Origin: Planctomycetota bacterium
Lineage (GTDB): Bacteria > Planctomycetota > UBA8108 > UBA1146
Direction of reading: 5' to 3'
Length of the DNA stretch: 64,000 nt
NCBI GenBank assembly: GCA_032128395.1
Contig: JAQBGV010000071.1
Coordinates: forward strand, 7,303 to 71,302
A model generated the notes under the pieces. The model saw only the letters and a program-made list of their open reading frames with translations. It searched no databases and was not told the origin of the DNA. Made by a program: the position numbers and the translations under genes. Positions 1 through 9,727 of the stretch are shown here, one piece after another; position 1 is the first letter of the stretch, and every line of letters begins with the position of its first letter.

Positions 1-132
1 ACACTCTCGACCTGTGCACATTTTTTCACACCCAGGCGGGCGGGTCAAACTGCGGCCGGGGCACGATTGGTCGGAGGGAGGCGGGCCGGGTATTCTCGAT
101 GGGGTCCCATCTCCAGGTGACCCCGCCGGAGG

Positions 133-1560
133 ATGAGGATGAGCGACGAAGAGATTCGCCAGAGCCTTCAGCTCGAGCTCGGGGAAGCCCGAATGCGCGC
201 TGTCGTGCGTCCGTTGACCCCCGTGCCGCCTCGCGGGCTCACGGCGGGTCAGCTGAGCAAATTCTTCGAATCGCGTGGAATTTGCCACGGCCTGGAAAAG
301 GAGACCGTCCAGGCTCTCCTCTCGCGTTGGAAGATTCGGGACCAGGGACCGTGGCTCATCGCCGAGGGCACCCCTGCCCAAGCCGGCCGTCCCGATGGAC
401 TCGAGCGCCTCGCCCCCCCCCCTCGCTCCGGTGCGGACGACGTCGAACTCCTCCCTCTCTACGTCAAGCGAGGCGATCGTCTCTTCCGTCAGCGCGGTCC
501 GAGGGAGCCTCGTCCGGGGATCGATGTCCTCGGCGACAAGGTCGAGCCCCCTGAAACCCCCGCTCCCGCGAACCTGCAGGCGGGAAATGGGATCGTCGTC
601 GAGGACGGAATTTGGACCGCCCGCGCGAGCGGCTTTCTGCACGCGGACGAGGGTGTTCTACGGATCATCAAGACCCTCATCCACTATCACGACTTCGGGT
701 CGGGCACGCTTCGTTGGCCCTCCGACGCGAAGTTCTTCGGCTCGATCGGACCGGGGGCCACCATCGAGGTCGGTGGCAGCCTCTCGATCGACGGCGATGT
801 CGGGGCAGATGTTCAACTGTCCGCCGAGTCCGATCTCCGCATCGGCGGATCGATCCGCGGCGGCGGGACCGCACGAATCGAGGCGGTCGGGCGGATCCAG
901 CTCCACTGCGCAGAGGGCGCCCTGATCACCGCAGGGGGCGACATCGTCGTCGAGAAGTCGCTCATCGGTTGTCGGTGCCGCACCCGGGCATCGCTGCGAG
1001 CGGGCGGAGACGGGTGCACCATCCTCGGCGGGAACGTCGACGCGATCGGTGGCGCCGAAGTGTTCGATGTCGGGCTCGACCGGGGTCACCGCGCTAGGAT
1101 CGCGGTGGGTCGGGCGAGCTGGATCAACGATGAGATGCGGGCGAGCGAGGCTGAGATTCGGCGATGGGCGCTCTACCACGGCAAGCTCTTCGACGATTTC
1201 CGCCGACGGCGTGGGGAACTGGTCCAGGATCGATCACAAATCTGGCACATTCCCGAGAAGGAACGCGAAGCGTTCCACAAGGACGAGGAAGAGGTGCTCG
1301 CCGAGCAACAGAGGGTCGATGAGCGGATCTCACGCCTCCGGAGCCGTCTCGAGGGGCTGTCGGCGAGTCGGGAGGTGGACCCCCGCGCGGTGATCCAGAT
1401 CCACGGGACGGTCGACGGTCTCAGCGCGCTCTCCGTCCGGGGGCGCAGGTACGAGTGTGGCCGGAAGCCCCTCCGCGGGCTCACCATCGGCATCTTCGGC
1501 GACACGAAGCGGGTCTGCGCCGTCCCGACCGCCCTGTTCCAGAGTTCCGAGATGCACTGA
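133..1560 (+). CDS. FapA/DUF342-family protein
   Basis: 475-codon ORF. A second in-frame ATG at 139 lies 6 nt after GGAGG (128-132) and may be the true start. Gly-rich beta-helix-like repeats (GGSIRGGGTARIEAVGRIQL, GGDIVVEKSLIG, GGNVDAIGGAEVFDVG) are followed by a coiled coil (EEVLAEQQRVDERISRLRSRLEGL) and a C-terminal VIQIHGTVDGLSALSVRG segment, which is typical FapA architecture. Confidence 0.65.
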   Translation: MRMSDEEIRQSLQLELGEARMRAVVRPLTPVPPRGLTAGQLSKFFESRGICHGLEKETVQALLSRWKIRDQGPWLIAEGTPAQAGRPDGLERLAPPPRSGADDVELLPLYVKRGDRLFRQRGPREPRPGIDVLGDKVEPPETPAPANLQAGNGIVVEDGIWTARASGFLHADEGVLRIIKTLIHYHDFGSGTLRWPSDAKFFGSIGPGATIEVGGSLSIDGDVGADVQLSAESDLRIGGSIRGGGTARIEAVGRIQLHCAEGALITAGGDIVVEKSLIGCRCRTRASLRAGGDGCTILGGNVDAIGGAEVFDVGLDRGHRARIAVGRASWINDEMRASEAEIRRWALYHGKLFDDFRRRRGELVQDRSQIWHIPEKEREAFHKDEEEVLAEQQRVDERISRLRSRLEGLSASREVDPRAVIQIHGTVDGLSALSVRGRRYECGRKPLRGLTIGIFGDTKRVCAVPTALFQSSEMH

Positions 1561-1659
1561 CGGTCTCGGATCCCCCCGAGAGCGTCCTCCCACCCCCCGA
1601 ATTCGTCGTAACCACGCCCTCCTCCAGGTAGCCTAGGGCTCCACGGTAGGAGGAGCTCG

Positions 1660-2163
1660 GTGCTGTCGTCACCCTATCCGGTCGAGCATCTCGAGGCGCT
1701 CCGCCGTCTCGTCGCCGAACAACGGTCGGCCGGACGACGCATCGTGCTGACGAACGGCTGCTTCGATCTCCTCCACGTCGGCCACCTTCGATCCCTCGAG
1801 GATGCCGCGAGCCGGGGGGAGTTCCTCGTCGTCTGCATCAACGACGATGCGGGGGTTCGAAAGTCGAAGGGGTCCGGGCGACCGATCTTCCCCGCGACGG
1901 AGCGCGCAGAACTGCTCGGCGGTCTGCGCGCGGTCGACGCGGTCCTGATCTTCGCGGAAGAGACCGTCGACCATATCCTGGAGGTACTCCGCCCCGAGGT
2001 GTACGCCAAGGGGACCGACTACACCCCCGAGACCGTGCCCGAGGGGCCGACCGTCCGGGGGTACGGGGGAGAGATCGCCATCGTGGGGGACCCGAAGGAC
2101 CATTCGAGCCGGTCCGTGCTGGAACAGCTCACGAGTGTGAAACGACGGGGGGAGAGCCGATGA
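1660..2163 (+). CDS. hldC: D-glycero-beta-D-manno-heptose-1-phosphate adenylyltransferase (RfaE/HldE domain II type cytidylyltransferase fold)
   Basis: GTG start preceded by AGGAGG (1647-1652). Carries the [19 protein letters not shown] (HxGH) motif, then [25 protein letters not shown] and KGTDY, collinear with HldE C-terminal domains. Stop overlaps the gmd start (ATGA). Confidence 0.7.
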   Translation: MLSSPYPVEHLEALRRLVAEQRSAGRRIVLTNGCFDLLHVGHLRSLEDAASRGEFLVVCINDDAGVRKSKGSGRPIFPATERAELLGGLRAVDAVLIFAEETVDHILEVLRPEVYAKGTDYTPETVPEGPTVRGYGGEIAIVGDPKDHSSRSVLEQLTSVKRRGESR

Positions 2164-3215
2164 GTGCCCGGCGCGCATTGATCACGGGAATCACCGGACA
2201 GGACGGCTCGTACTTGGCCGAGTTCCTGCTCTCGAAAGGCTACGACGTCTACGGGATGATCCGCCGTCGATCGACCCATTCCCTCGAACGAGTGGAGCAC
2301 CTGCTCGACCACGAACGAGTGCAGATCGTGAATGCGGACCTGCTCGACCAGCTCTCGCTGGTCCGCCTCCTCGAAGAGGTCCAACCGCAAGAGATCTACA
2401 ATCTCGCCGCGCAGTCGTTCGTGCCCGCGAGCTTCCGGGAACCGGTCCTGACCGCCGAGTTCACCGCACTCGGTGTCACTCGACTCCTCGAGGCGGTGCG
2501 CCACGTCGATCCGGGGATCCGCTTCTACCAGGCGAGTTCGAGCGAGATGTTCGGGAAGGTGCGCGAGACCCCACAGAACGAACGGACCCCGTTCCACCCC
2601 CGCAGTCCGTACGGGGTGGCGAAGGTCTACGGCCACTGGATCACCGTGAACTACCGCGAGAGCTACGGGATCTACGCATGCAGCGGGATCCTCTTCAACC
2701 ACGAATCTCCCCGGCGCGGGATGGAATTCGTCACCCGGAAGGTCAGCAACGCGGTCGCGCGGATCGCCCTCGGTCTCGACGACCACATCCAGCTCGGGAA
2801 CCTCGATGCCCGGCGTGATTGGGGATATGCCGGGGACTATGTCGAGGCGATGTGGGCGATGCTCCAGCAGGACGAGCCCGCCGACTACGTGGTCGCCACC
2901 GGGAAGACCCACACGGTGCAAGAGATGGTCGAGGCCGCGTTCGCGCACGGTGGGCTCGATTGGAGCGAGCACGTTCGAATCGATTCCACGCTGGTGCGGC
3001 CCGCGGAGGTCGACATGCTCGTCGGCGATGCGACCCTCGCGAACGATCGTCTCGGGTGGCGGCCGAAGACGACCTTCGCGGAGCTGATGGCGATGATGGT
3101 CGATTCAGATCTGAATCGCATCCGCCGGGACATCCGTTTCAACGCGAGCGAGGAAGGATCGAGGCCGGACACGGTTGCAAAGGCGGAGCGGGACGAGGAG
3201 AGCGTCGGATCGTGA
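2160..3215 (+). CDS. gmd: GDP-mannose 4,6-dehydratase
   Basis: N-terminus [33 protein letters not shown], plus [18 protein letters not shown] (YxxxK) and [10 protein letters not shown], all hallmark Gmd motifs. 351 aa. Confidence 0.9.
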   Translation: MSARRALITGITGQDGSYLAEFLLSKGYDVYGMIRRRSTHSLERVEHLLDHERVQIVNADLLDQLSLVRLLEEVQPQEIYNLAAQSFVPASFREPVLTAEFTALGVTRLLEAVRHVDPGIRFYQASSSEMFGKVRETPQNERTPFHPRSPYGVAKVYGHWITVNYRESYGIYACSGILFNHESPRRGMEFVTRKVSNAVARIALGLDDHIQLGNLDARRDWGYAGDYVEAMWAMLQQDEPADYVVATGKTHTVQEMVEAAFAHGGLDWSEHVRIDSTLVRPAEVDMLVGDATLANDRLGWRPKTTFAELMAMMVDSDLNRIRRDIRFNASEEGSRPDTVAKAERDEESVGS

Positions 3216-4129
3216 GAGTCCTCGTCACGGGCGCGGAGGGATTCGTCGGGTCCCACCTTCTGCCGGCCCTCGCCGAAGGCGGGGATGAGGTCTGCTCGAC
3301 CTCGATCGACGGCTCGCTCGGAACCCGGCTGGTTCTCCCCGATGATGACGCCGCAACCGCTCTGGTTCGCGAATTCCGCCCCGATGCCATCGTCCATCTC
3401 GCCGCGATCTCCGCGGTGCCCGCCGCCCTCGAGGACCCAGAGTCCGCCTGGCGGGTCAACGTCGACGGGGTGCGCTCGATGCACCGTGCGCTCGCACGCC
3501 ATCGCCCGGATGCGGTGTTCCTCCACATCTCGACCGGAGCGGTCTACGGAGCCGCACTCCCGGGGGAAGCTCCCGCGGATGAGGGGCGCCCCTGTCGGCC
3601 GACGAACGTCTACGCGTGGTCGAAGCTCGCGGCGGAGGGGTGGCTCGCGATGACCGCCGCGATGACGCCGAGGACCGTGATCGCGCGGCCGTTCAACCAC
3701 ATCGGCCCAGGCCAGAGCGACGCCTTCGCGTTGTCGAGCTTCGCCCGACAGATCGCGGAGGCGGAACGTCGAGGCAGCGGAGAGATCCGAACCGGGAATC
3801 TGGACGGGAGCCGGGACTTCACTGACGTTCGTGACGTCGTCGCAGCCTATCGAGCGCTGCTTCACTTCCCCGAAGCCCGGGGGGTGTACAACTTGTGCAG
3901 CGGAGTCGCCCGCCCCGTGCGGGAGTCGCTCGATCGGTTGAGGGCGCTGGGAACGGTCGAGACCGAGGTGATGTCCGAAGCTTCGCGACGGCGCGTGGGA
4001 GATGACGATCCCGTCCTCGGGTCCTCGGACCGCCTCCGGCGAGAGACCGGCTGGCGTCCGGTCCGCGATCTCGACGACACTCTCGGCGATATTCTCGAAG
4101 ACTGGCGGCGGCGACTCACAGCCTCCTAG
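3212..4129 (+). CDS. rmd: GDP-4-dehydro-6-deoxy-D-mannose reductase (Rmd-type SDR)
   Basis: GTG at 3212 overlaps the gmd stop (GTGA). The longer track ORF from 2819 is an out-of-frame read-through of gmd. Motifs [49 protein letters not shown] and YNLCSG match Pseudomonas Rmd closely as I recall it. Confidence 0.8.
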   Translation: MRVLVTGAEGFVGSHLLPALAEGGDEVCSTSIDGSLGTRLVLPDDDAATALVREFRPDAIVHLAAISAVPAALEDPESAWRVNVDGVRSMHRALARHRPDAVFLHISTGAVYGAALPGEAPADEGRPCRPTNVYAWSKLAAEGWLAMTAAMTPRTVIARPFNHIGPGQSDAFALSSFARQIAEAERRGSGEIRTGNLDGSRDFTDVRDVVAAYRALLHFPEARGVYNLCSGVARPVRESLDRLRALGTVETEVMSEASRRRVGDDDPVLGSSDRLRRETGWRPVRDLDDTLGDILEDWRRRLTAS

Positions 4130-4177
4130 CCGGCGACTCTCGCAACACGGACTCTCTGGATACTGGGGGAACCGAGG

Positions 4178-4975
4178 GTGGACACGACCTGGGAGTCGCT
4201 ATGGTTCGCGGTGATCCAAGGACTCACCGAATTCCTCCCGGTTTCATCGAGCGGGCATCTCCTCGCGATGAAGCAGCTGACCGATTCCGCCCTGCTCACC
4301 GATCTCACTCTGGACATCGTTCTCCACGCCGCGACTCTGGGCGCGATTCTCGTGGTGTTCCGCCGCGATTTCATCCGAGTCCTCGCCGGGGTCTGGCGAG
4401 GAGGAGCGGCGCGGAAGGAATTTCTCCTGGTCGGGGTCGGCACCCTCCCTGCCGCGGTCGTGGGACTGGGCTTCCGCGATCGCATCGAAGAGCTCCCCGA
4501 GATCGCTCCCTATCTCCTTCCGATCTGCTGGGGGGTGATGGGCCTCGCGCTCCTCGGGGATCGGGGGCGAATTCGAGGACACCTTCCCATCGGATTCCGG
4601 GTGGCAGTGTGGGTCGGGCTCTGGCAGTCGATCGCGCTCCTCCCCGGGATTTCGCGAAGCGGGGTCACGATTCTCGCAGCACTCTGGTGCGGGGTCGCCC
4701 GCGAGGACGCTGCGCGCTACTCGTTCTTGATCGCGGCTCCGCTGATCGCGGGTGCGACAGTGCTCGAGATCCCCGATCTCGTCGCGGGTCGGGGAGTCGG
4801 GGGCAATCCCGGCGTGCTCGCCCTCGCGTTTGCGGTCGCCTTCCTGACCGGACTCGTCGCGCTCAGACTCCTGCTCCGGCTCCTACAGGGGGGGCGTTTC
4901 CACTACTTCGGGATCTACCTGCTGGGGGTCTCCATCGCGTTCACGCTCTGGCTCCGGCTCGGCGGCGGATCGTGA
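4178..4975 (+). CDS. uppP: undecaprenyl-diphosphate phosphatase
   Basis: LWFAVIQGLTEFLPVSSSGHL N-terminal signature and GISRSG motif, polytopic membrane profile, 265 aa. Confidence 0.9.
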   Translation: MDTTWESLWFAVIQGLTEFLPVSSSGHLLAMKQLTDSALLTDLTLDIVLHAATLGAILVVFRRDFIRVLAGVWRGGAARKEFLLVGVGTLPAAVVGLGFRDRIEELPEIAPYLLPICWGVMGLALLGDRGRIRGHLPIGFRVAVWVGLWQSIALLPGISRSGVTILAALWCGVAREDAARYSFLIAAPLIAGATVLEIPDLVAGRGVGGNPGVLALAFAVAFLTGLVALRLLLRLLQGGRFHYFGIYLLGVSIAFTLWLRLGGGS

Positions 4976-6146
4976 TCCGTCGGTGCCCCTGACGGTCGGA
5001 GGTTCCGGCGCGGAGCCCGTCGGGGTGGAGGCTCTCCACCGGTCGCATCGCGATGCCCACGACAATTCCGAGGGAGAGCATCGTCACCAGCATCGAGGTG
5101 CCTCCGAAGCTCACGAACGGGAGCGGGAGTCCGGTCACCGGCAGGAGCCCGACGGTCATGCTCAGGTTCACCAGGGTCTGGGAGGCGAGCTGCGCGAAGA
5201 CTCCGACGACCACGAGTCGACCGAACGGCTCTCGCGTGCGCCATGCCACCCTCAGCAGGAGGAGGTAGAGGGCGAGGAAGAGAAGGACCGTCCCGAGTGT
5301 GCCGATGAGGCCCCACTCCTCGCCGATCACCCCGAAAATGAAGTCGTTGTGGTCTTCGGGGAGATAGCCGAGCTCGTGGTGGGTCCCGAGGAAGAGGCCC
5401 TTCCCGGCCGGCCCGCCGGAGCCGATCGAGATCATCGAGTGGGCGAGCTGATACCCGTCGGCCGATCCTTCCCCATCTCCGGCGATGCCGAGGAACACCT
5501 GCAGGCGCTCCCACTGATAATCCCGGAGGAAGAATCGCAATCCGATCGCGGAGGCGATGACTCCACTGGCACCGAGCGCTCCGAAGGTCCGTCCGCTCGC
5601 TCCGCCGACCCAGAGCATTCCGGCTGCGATCGGCACGAGCACGAGGGCCGTGCCCAGGTCCGGCTGCGCCGAGACCATCAGGAACGGAGCTCCGGCTACG
5701 ACGAGGCACGAGATCCACGGGACGCGCCGCTCCAGGATCTGTCCGCTCTTGATGATGCGCGCGAGGAGTAGGATGGAGACCAGCTTCACCAGCTCCGAGG
5801 GCTGCAGACTGAATCCCCCGAATCGGAACCACCTCACCACCGGTTCGCCGCCGACCCACTTGATCGCGAGCAGCGCCAGGAGCAGTGCGATTCCGATCCC
5901 GTAGAGCACCGGCGCGACGCGTTCGAACCGCCGGTAGTCGACAGTCGCGGCGGCGAGGAAGAGAGCGGAACCGATCGCGATCCGGATCAAGTGAGCGCGC
6001 GCGAGCGGGCTCGGGAACGGGTCCTCGGGGCCGGCGGACGCGGAGTGCACGAAGATCGCGCCAAGAGCCAGGAGCGCCGCCGCCAAGATGGGAATTCCGA
6101 CGATCGGGAACCAGCGTCCGGTCCAGGCGAGTGGGGTCGACCTCAT
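4941..6146 (-). CDS. rodA: SEDS-family peptidoglycan polymerase RodA (FtsW/RodA/SpoVE)
   Basis: 401-aa polytopic protein with QPSELVKL, SMISIGSGGPAGKG, PEDHNDFIF and LPLPFVSFGGTSM motifs. 4-nt overlap with the upstream PBP2 gene. The 3' end overlaps convergent uppP by 35 nt. Confidence 0.88.
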   Translation of the reverse strand: MRSTPLAWTGRWFPIVGIPILAAALLALGAIFVHSASAGPEDPFPSPLARAHLIRIAIGSALFLAAATVDYRRFERVAPVLYGIGIALLLALLAIKWVGGEPVVRWFRFGGFSLQPSELVKLVSILLLARIIKSGQILERRVPWISCLVVAGAPFLMVSAQPDLGTALVLVPIAAGMLWVGGASGRTFGALGASGVIASAIGLRFFLRDYQWERLQVFLGIAGDGEGSADGYQLAHSMISIGSGGPAGKGLFLGTHHELGYLPEDHNDFIFGVIGEEWGLIGTLGTVLLFLALYLLLLRVAWRTREPFGRLVVVGVFAQLASQTLVNLSMTVGLLPVTGLPLPFVSFGGTSMLVTMLSLGIVVGIAMRPVESLHPDGLRAGTSDRQGHRRITIRRRAGARA

Positions 6147-8305
6147 CGGGAGCCCTCACGCCTGAAGTCGAGGCCGCGGTTCTCCGCGAACCATTCGAGA
6201 ATGCGGGCCGCGATCGGGGCGCACTCTTCGCCCCCGTGCCCGATCACTCGCTCGAGTCCGATCACGAAGGCGAGCTGGGGTTCTTCGATCGGCGCGAACC
6301 CGATGACCCAGGCGCGGTTCAAGTCCCGCGGAGTCCCATCCGGACCGAGGCGCATGGCGAGCGGCAGTTGCTCCGAGGGAATGCCCGCCGTTCCCGTCTT
6401 CACCGCGCAGTCGAAAGCGGACAACCCGTAGTGCGCCTCGTTCGCGGTGCCTCGGGGATCTTGAACCACGGCGGTCATCCCGTCGATGAGGTGCTGCCAA
6501 GTTTGCGCAGACGCGATGAGAGGAGCGATCGCGGGAGCGGGCTCGCCCGAGATCAGGGAGAGCCCAGGATCGGTCCCTCGGTTCGCGAGGATGCAAGTGA
6601 GGCGGAGCATCGCGAGCGGAGTGGTCGTGAATGCTTTCCCGATCGCGACGCTGTGCGCGCTCGCCCGCGGAGCGGTGCCGACCGTCTCGCTCGCGGCCCC
6701 GCAGCCGATCGGCTGCCAGAATCCCACCCGGTACGCCCACTCGGTGGTCTTGCTCAGGCCGAGTCGGTCACCACCCACATGGTAGAAGTAGACGTTGCAC
6801 GACCGCATCAGCGCTTCTTCGAGGTCGAGATCGATGTTCAGCGCGTGGTTTCCACAGCGAAGACGGTCCCGCCGCGCCTCGTCGAAGTAGCCGGTGCAGA
6901 GAATGCGCTCGGCGGGGTCGATGACTCCCTCCTCGAGGGCGGCGAGTGCGACGAGAACCTTGAAGGTCGAGCCCGGTTCCATCGCATAGTTCGCAGGGCG
7001 GTCGAAGAAGTGGCCTCGGTCGAGCTTCTTGATGCGATCCCACTCGGCCTGGTCCTGAAAGACATCGGGCGTCGCGGCGGGATAGCTCGACCAGCCGAGG
7101 ATCTCCCCACTGCGACAATCTGCGACCAGCATCGCCGCTCCATCGGGGTCACGAATCTCCGCGAGTTCGTCGAGCAGAGCACAGAGCTCGAGATCGAGGG
7201 TCAGCTTCACGTCTCGTCCCGACTGCGGGGGGTCGATCTCGAGGGGCTCGCCACTCTGGTTCTGCCGGTGGTCGACGATCAACAGCGTGCCACCCGAACG
7301 CCCTCGCAGCCGATCCTCCTCGGACCGTTCGAGTCCGCTGTGGCCGACCAAGTCCTCGCTGTGATGCGAGCGGTCCTTCAATGCGGAGAAGGTCCCGATC
7401 ATCCGAAAGCGAATGCGATCGACGATCGGTTCTTGCGATTCGCTCCAGCGATCCTCGTCGATCGCGCGGCGGGCGCCGGCCCTCCCGATCAGGGGAGCGA
7501 TCCCCGCCGGACCCGCGAACTGTCGCGCCGGGACCTCGCGAATTCGCAGACCCGGGAATCGCTCCGGGGTGGTGACGATCTCTTCGACGAGGTCCTGCGG
7601 TGCGCTGCGGAGGAGACGATGCTCCATCACCCGATAGATCTCGTCGCGTTGCGATGCGGGAAGTTTCGGGTCCTGGACGCGCTCGTAGGCTCGCCAGACC
7701 TTGTCGAACAGTTCGCCGGGGGGAAGGCCGAGTCGTCGCTCGATCTTTCGTACCGCGATCTCGCCGGCGAAGAGTTGCGCGGGCTCGATCCAGATCTCGC
7801 CGTCTTCAGCGTCGACGACGATCCCCGGGAAGCTCTCTGGGCGACGACCGACCGCCTGCGCGAGAGCGCGAGCAGCCCGCGGGTGAAGGTTGGAGAGCCA
7901 GAGGTGGGGGGGGAGTTCCTGGTCGTCGGTGAATCGCGGTCGCAAGCTCTCACGGACCGATTGCAGCGAATCCCAGAGATGCTCCGCATCGTAGGGAAAG
8001 TCGCGTCCTTCGCGGCTCCGCCGGATCTCCCGACGCACCCTTCGTGAGATCCATCGCACTGGCTCGAGCCCATCGAGTGCGTACACGATCTGATGGGAAG
8101 GAACATCGAAAGAGATCGGCCAGCCCGACCGATCGAGGATCGATCCTCGCGGGGCTGGATCGGTCCAGACCCGGCGATGGAAGCTCTCCGCCCGCATGCT
8201 GTACTCGCGCCATTGGAACGCCTGCAGCCACACCAGTCGGCTCGAGACGACCGTGAAGCCGATCACGATGAAGACGACCAGGAGCATGATTCGGCGGCGA
8301 TGCAT
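6143..8305 (-). CDS. mrdA: penicillin-binding protein 2 (elongasome transpeptidase)
   Basis: Start trimmed to ATG 8305 (MHRRRIMLLVVFIVIGF TM anchor). The upstream 146 codons of the track ORF are Arg/Pro-rich junk. Carries PGSTFKV (SxxK), a SCN-type motif (MRSCNVYFY) and KTGTA. The head subdomain between HQIVYAL and RFPGLRIREV is about 100 aa longer than in E. coli PBP2. Confidence 0.88.
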   Translation of the reverse strand: MHRRRIMLLVVFIVIGFTVVSSRLVWLQAFQWREYSMRAESFHRRVWTDPAPRGSILDRSGWPISFDVPSHQIVYALDGLEPVRWISRRVRREIRRSREGRDFPYDAEHLWDSLQSVRESLRPRFTDDQELPPHLWLSNLHPRAARALAQAVGRRPESFPGIVVDAEDGEIWIEPAQLFAGEIAVRKIERRLGLPPGELFDKVWRAYERVQDPKLPASQRDEIYRVMEHRLLRSAPQDLVEEIVTTPERFPGLRIREVPARQFAGPAGIAPLIGRAGARRAIDEDRWSESQEPIVDRIRFRMIGTFSALKDRSHHSEDLVGHSGLERSEEDRLRGRSGGTLLIVDHRQNQSGEPLEIDPPQSGRDVKLTLDLELCALLDELAEIRDPDGAAMLVADCRSGEILGWSSYPAATPDVFQDQAEWDRIKKLDRGHFFDRPANYAMEPGSTFKVLVALAALEEGVIDPAERILCTGYFDEARRDRLRCGNHALNIDLDLEEALMRSCNVYFYHVGGDRLGLSKTTEWAYRVGFWQPIGCGAASETVGTAPRASAHSVAIGKAFTTTPLAMLRLTCILANRGTDPGLSLISGEPAPAIAPLIASAQTWQHLIDGMTAVVQDPRGTANEAHYGLSAFDCAVKTGTAGIPSEQLPLAMRLGPDGTPRDLNRAWVIGFAPIEEPQLAFVIGLERVIGHGGEECAPIAARILEWFAENRGLDFRREGSR

Positions 8306-8376
8306 CGCGTGCGAGGCTCCTCGGGCGGGGTGGATCTGTTCGGCAGAGGGATCATACGCGGACGCCAGCACTGGGC

Positions 8377-8877
8377 CTACATCGGGTAGTCGGCGCTCCG
8401 CACGAGTGGAGTAGTCAGATCGAGCACCGGGAAGAGCAGGAGCGCCGCGACCGTGCCGAGCAGGACTCCCGTCGCCCAAGAGTCGATCGCGCCGTTCCAC
8501 GGGCTCGCATGGTGGAGCCGCTGGACCAGGCTCGCCACCACGAGAGCGATGGCGACCAGCGCGATCCGGCGCCCCGGATCCCGCGGGTCGACGCCGTGGC
8601 GCGCAAATCGCATCCAGAGGGTCGCCGCGGCGAGCGGAAGAATCACCGGGAGCGGGGCGGAAGCCCCCCCGATGAGGCGGGAGATCACGATGACCCCGCC
8701 GATCGCGACGACGCGGGACCAGCGGTCGACCCCCGCGAACCAAAGGAGCAGAATCAGCGGCACGTCGACGGAATCGGCCCCTCCCGCGAGCAGTGGGGCG
8801 AGCGAGATCTGAGTTGCGGTCGCGAGCGCGATGAGCAGCAAGCAGGCGGCGGGGCGGGCCCCGCGCAGCGTTGTCAT
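8377..8877 (-). CDS. mreD: rod shape-determining protein MreD
   Basis: Start trimmed to ATG 8877 (MTTLRGARPAACLLLIALA), giving a 166-aa protein of hydrophobic helices. Overlaps the mreC stop by 4 nt and sits between mreC and mrdA. Confidence 0.75.
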   Translation of the reverse strand: MTTLRGARPAACLLLIALATATQISLAPLLAGGADSVDVPLILLLWFAGVDRWSRVVAIGGVIVISRLIGGASAPLPVILPLAAATLWMRFARHGVDPRDPGRRIALVAIALVVASLVQRLHHASPWNGAIDSWATGVLLGTVAALLLFPVLDLTTPLVRSADYPM

Positions 8878-9572
8878 CGGCTGTCCCCGAGTGCGGGGAG
8901 TGCGAGGACCAGGACTTCTTGAACGTCGGTCGTCCCCGGGGGGGGTGCGATGCGGCTCGACTCGAGCGGGAGGTTCACCCGGCGGACGACCCCGAGAACC
9001 AAGCTGCGGGGGAATCGTCCGTCGCCGCCCTTGGTCACGAGAAGATCCCCCTCCGCGAGTTCGAGTCGGTCGAACCGCAGGAGCGGGTGGAGTTCTCCTC
9101 GCCCGGGGCCTCCGGCCACCATCCCGGAACCCTTCCCTTCGATCCGGAAGCTCGCCCGAAAGTCGGGGTCGTCCGAGAAGATCACTCGGCTCCGGTGCGT
9201 CCCGACTTCGGCGACACAACCGATCACCCCGGTGCGTCCGACCACTCCCTGACCGACCTCGATCCCGTCGGTGCGTCCGCGATCGAGCAGCGCACCATGC
9301 CGCTGGGGGGAGAGGTCGGGGATCGGGAGGAGCTGGGCGGGGACCGCTCGAAATCCATCGAGACCGTCCTCGTAGACGGAAAGCAGGTCTCGTCGCTCGA
9401 TCGTACCCTCGGTGCGGGCCTCCTCGAGGAAGTGCTCCTGGAGGAGTCGCCACCCCTCCGCCTCCTCTCGGCCGCGTCGGGCAGGATCGGCGAAGCGCTG
9501 GGCGCCGAAGGAGATCAGGATGACGATCGTCCACGCCAGCAGAGCCCAGTGCGCAGTCTGCCGAGGATTCAC
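8874..9572 (-). CDS. mreC: rod shape-determining protein MreC
   Basis: 232 aa with an N-terminal TM, a short coiled coil, then beta-barrel motifs (GIEVGQGVVGRTGVIGCVAEV, VTKGGDGRFPRSLVLGVV) typical of MreC. Lies downstream of mreB. Confidence 0.82.
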   Translation of the reverse strand: MNPRQTAHWALLAWTIVILISFGAQRFADPARRGREEAEGWRLLQEHFLEEARTEGTIERRDLLSVYEDGLDGFRAVPAQLLPIPDLSPQRHGALLDRGRTDGIEVGQGVVGRTGVIGCVAEVGTHRSRVIFSDDPDFRASFRIEGKGSGMVAGGPGRGELHPLLRFDRLELAEGDLLVTKGGDGRFPRSLVLGVVRRVNLPLESSRIAPPPGTTDVQEVLVLALPALGDSR

Positions 9573-9727
9573 AGGGGTTCACCGCCCGCAAACATCATGC
9601 ACATTCGAATCTTCTGTGCCGACCGCCTCCTGCGAGGGGGGTCTCTCGCAAATCGCAAGGGACGCCAAGCTTCCTGTCCCGGTTCAGGGTTCTGCGCGAT
9701 GCGGAGCCTCGCGATGTACAGCACTTC

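Noticed and set aside
5885-8047. 720-aa ORF on the plus strand opposite mrdA. Similar long antisense ORFs occur at 10091-11383(+), 12726-14369(-), 25677-27503(+), 37057-39129(-), 42133-44814(-), 48347-50317(-) and 53223-55031(+).
   Set aside because: All are Arg/Pro/Gly/Asp-rich translations with no recognisable motifs. They lie antisense to genes with unmistakable family signatures, which is the typical stop-codon-poor shadow ORF of a high-GC genome.
8306-8743. N-terminal extensions of track ORFs: PBP2 to 8743, MreD to 9591, SBP1 to 35276, UPF0104 to 37640, HDOD to 59614, FAD oxidoreductase to 60144 and OppF to 30226.
   Set aside because: The extensions are Arg/Pro-rich, overlap upstream genes in other frames, and precede obvious native N-termini (TM anchors, lipoboxes, RBS-associated starts). 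I trimmed them to internal starts.
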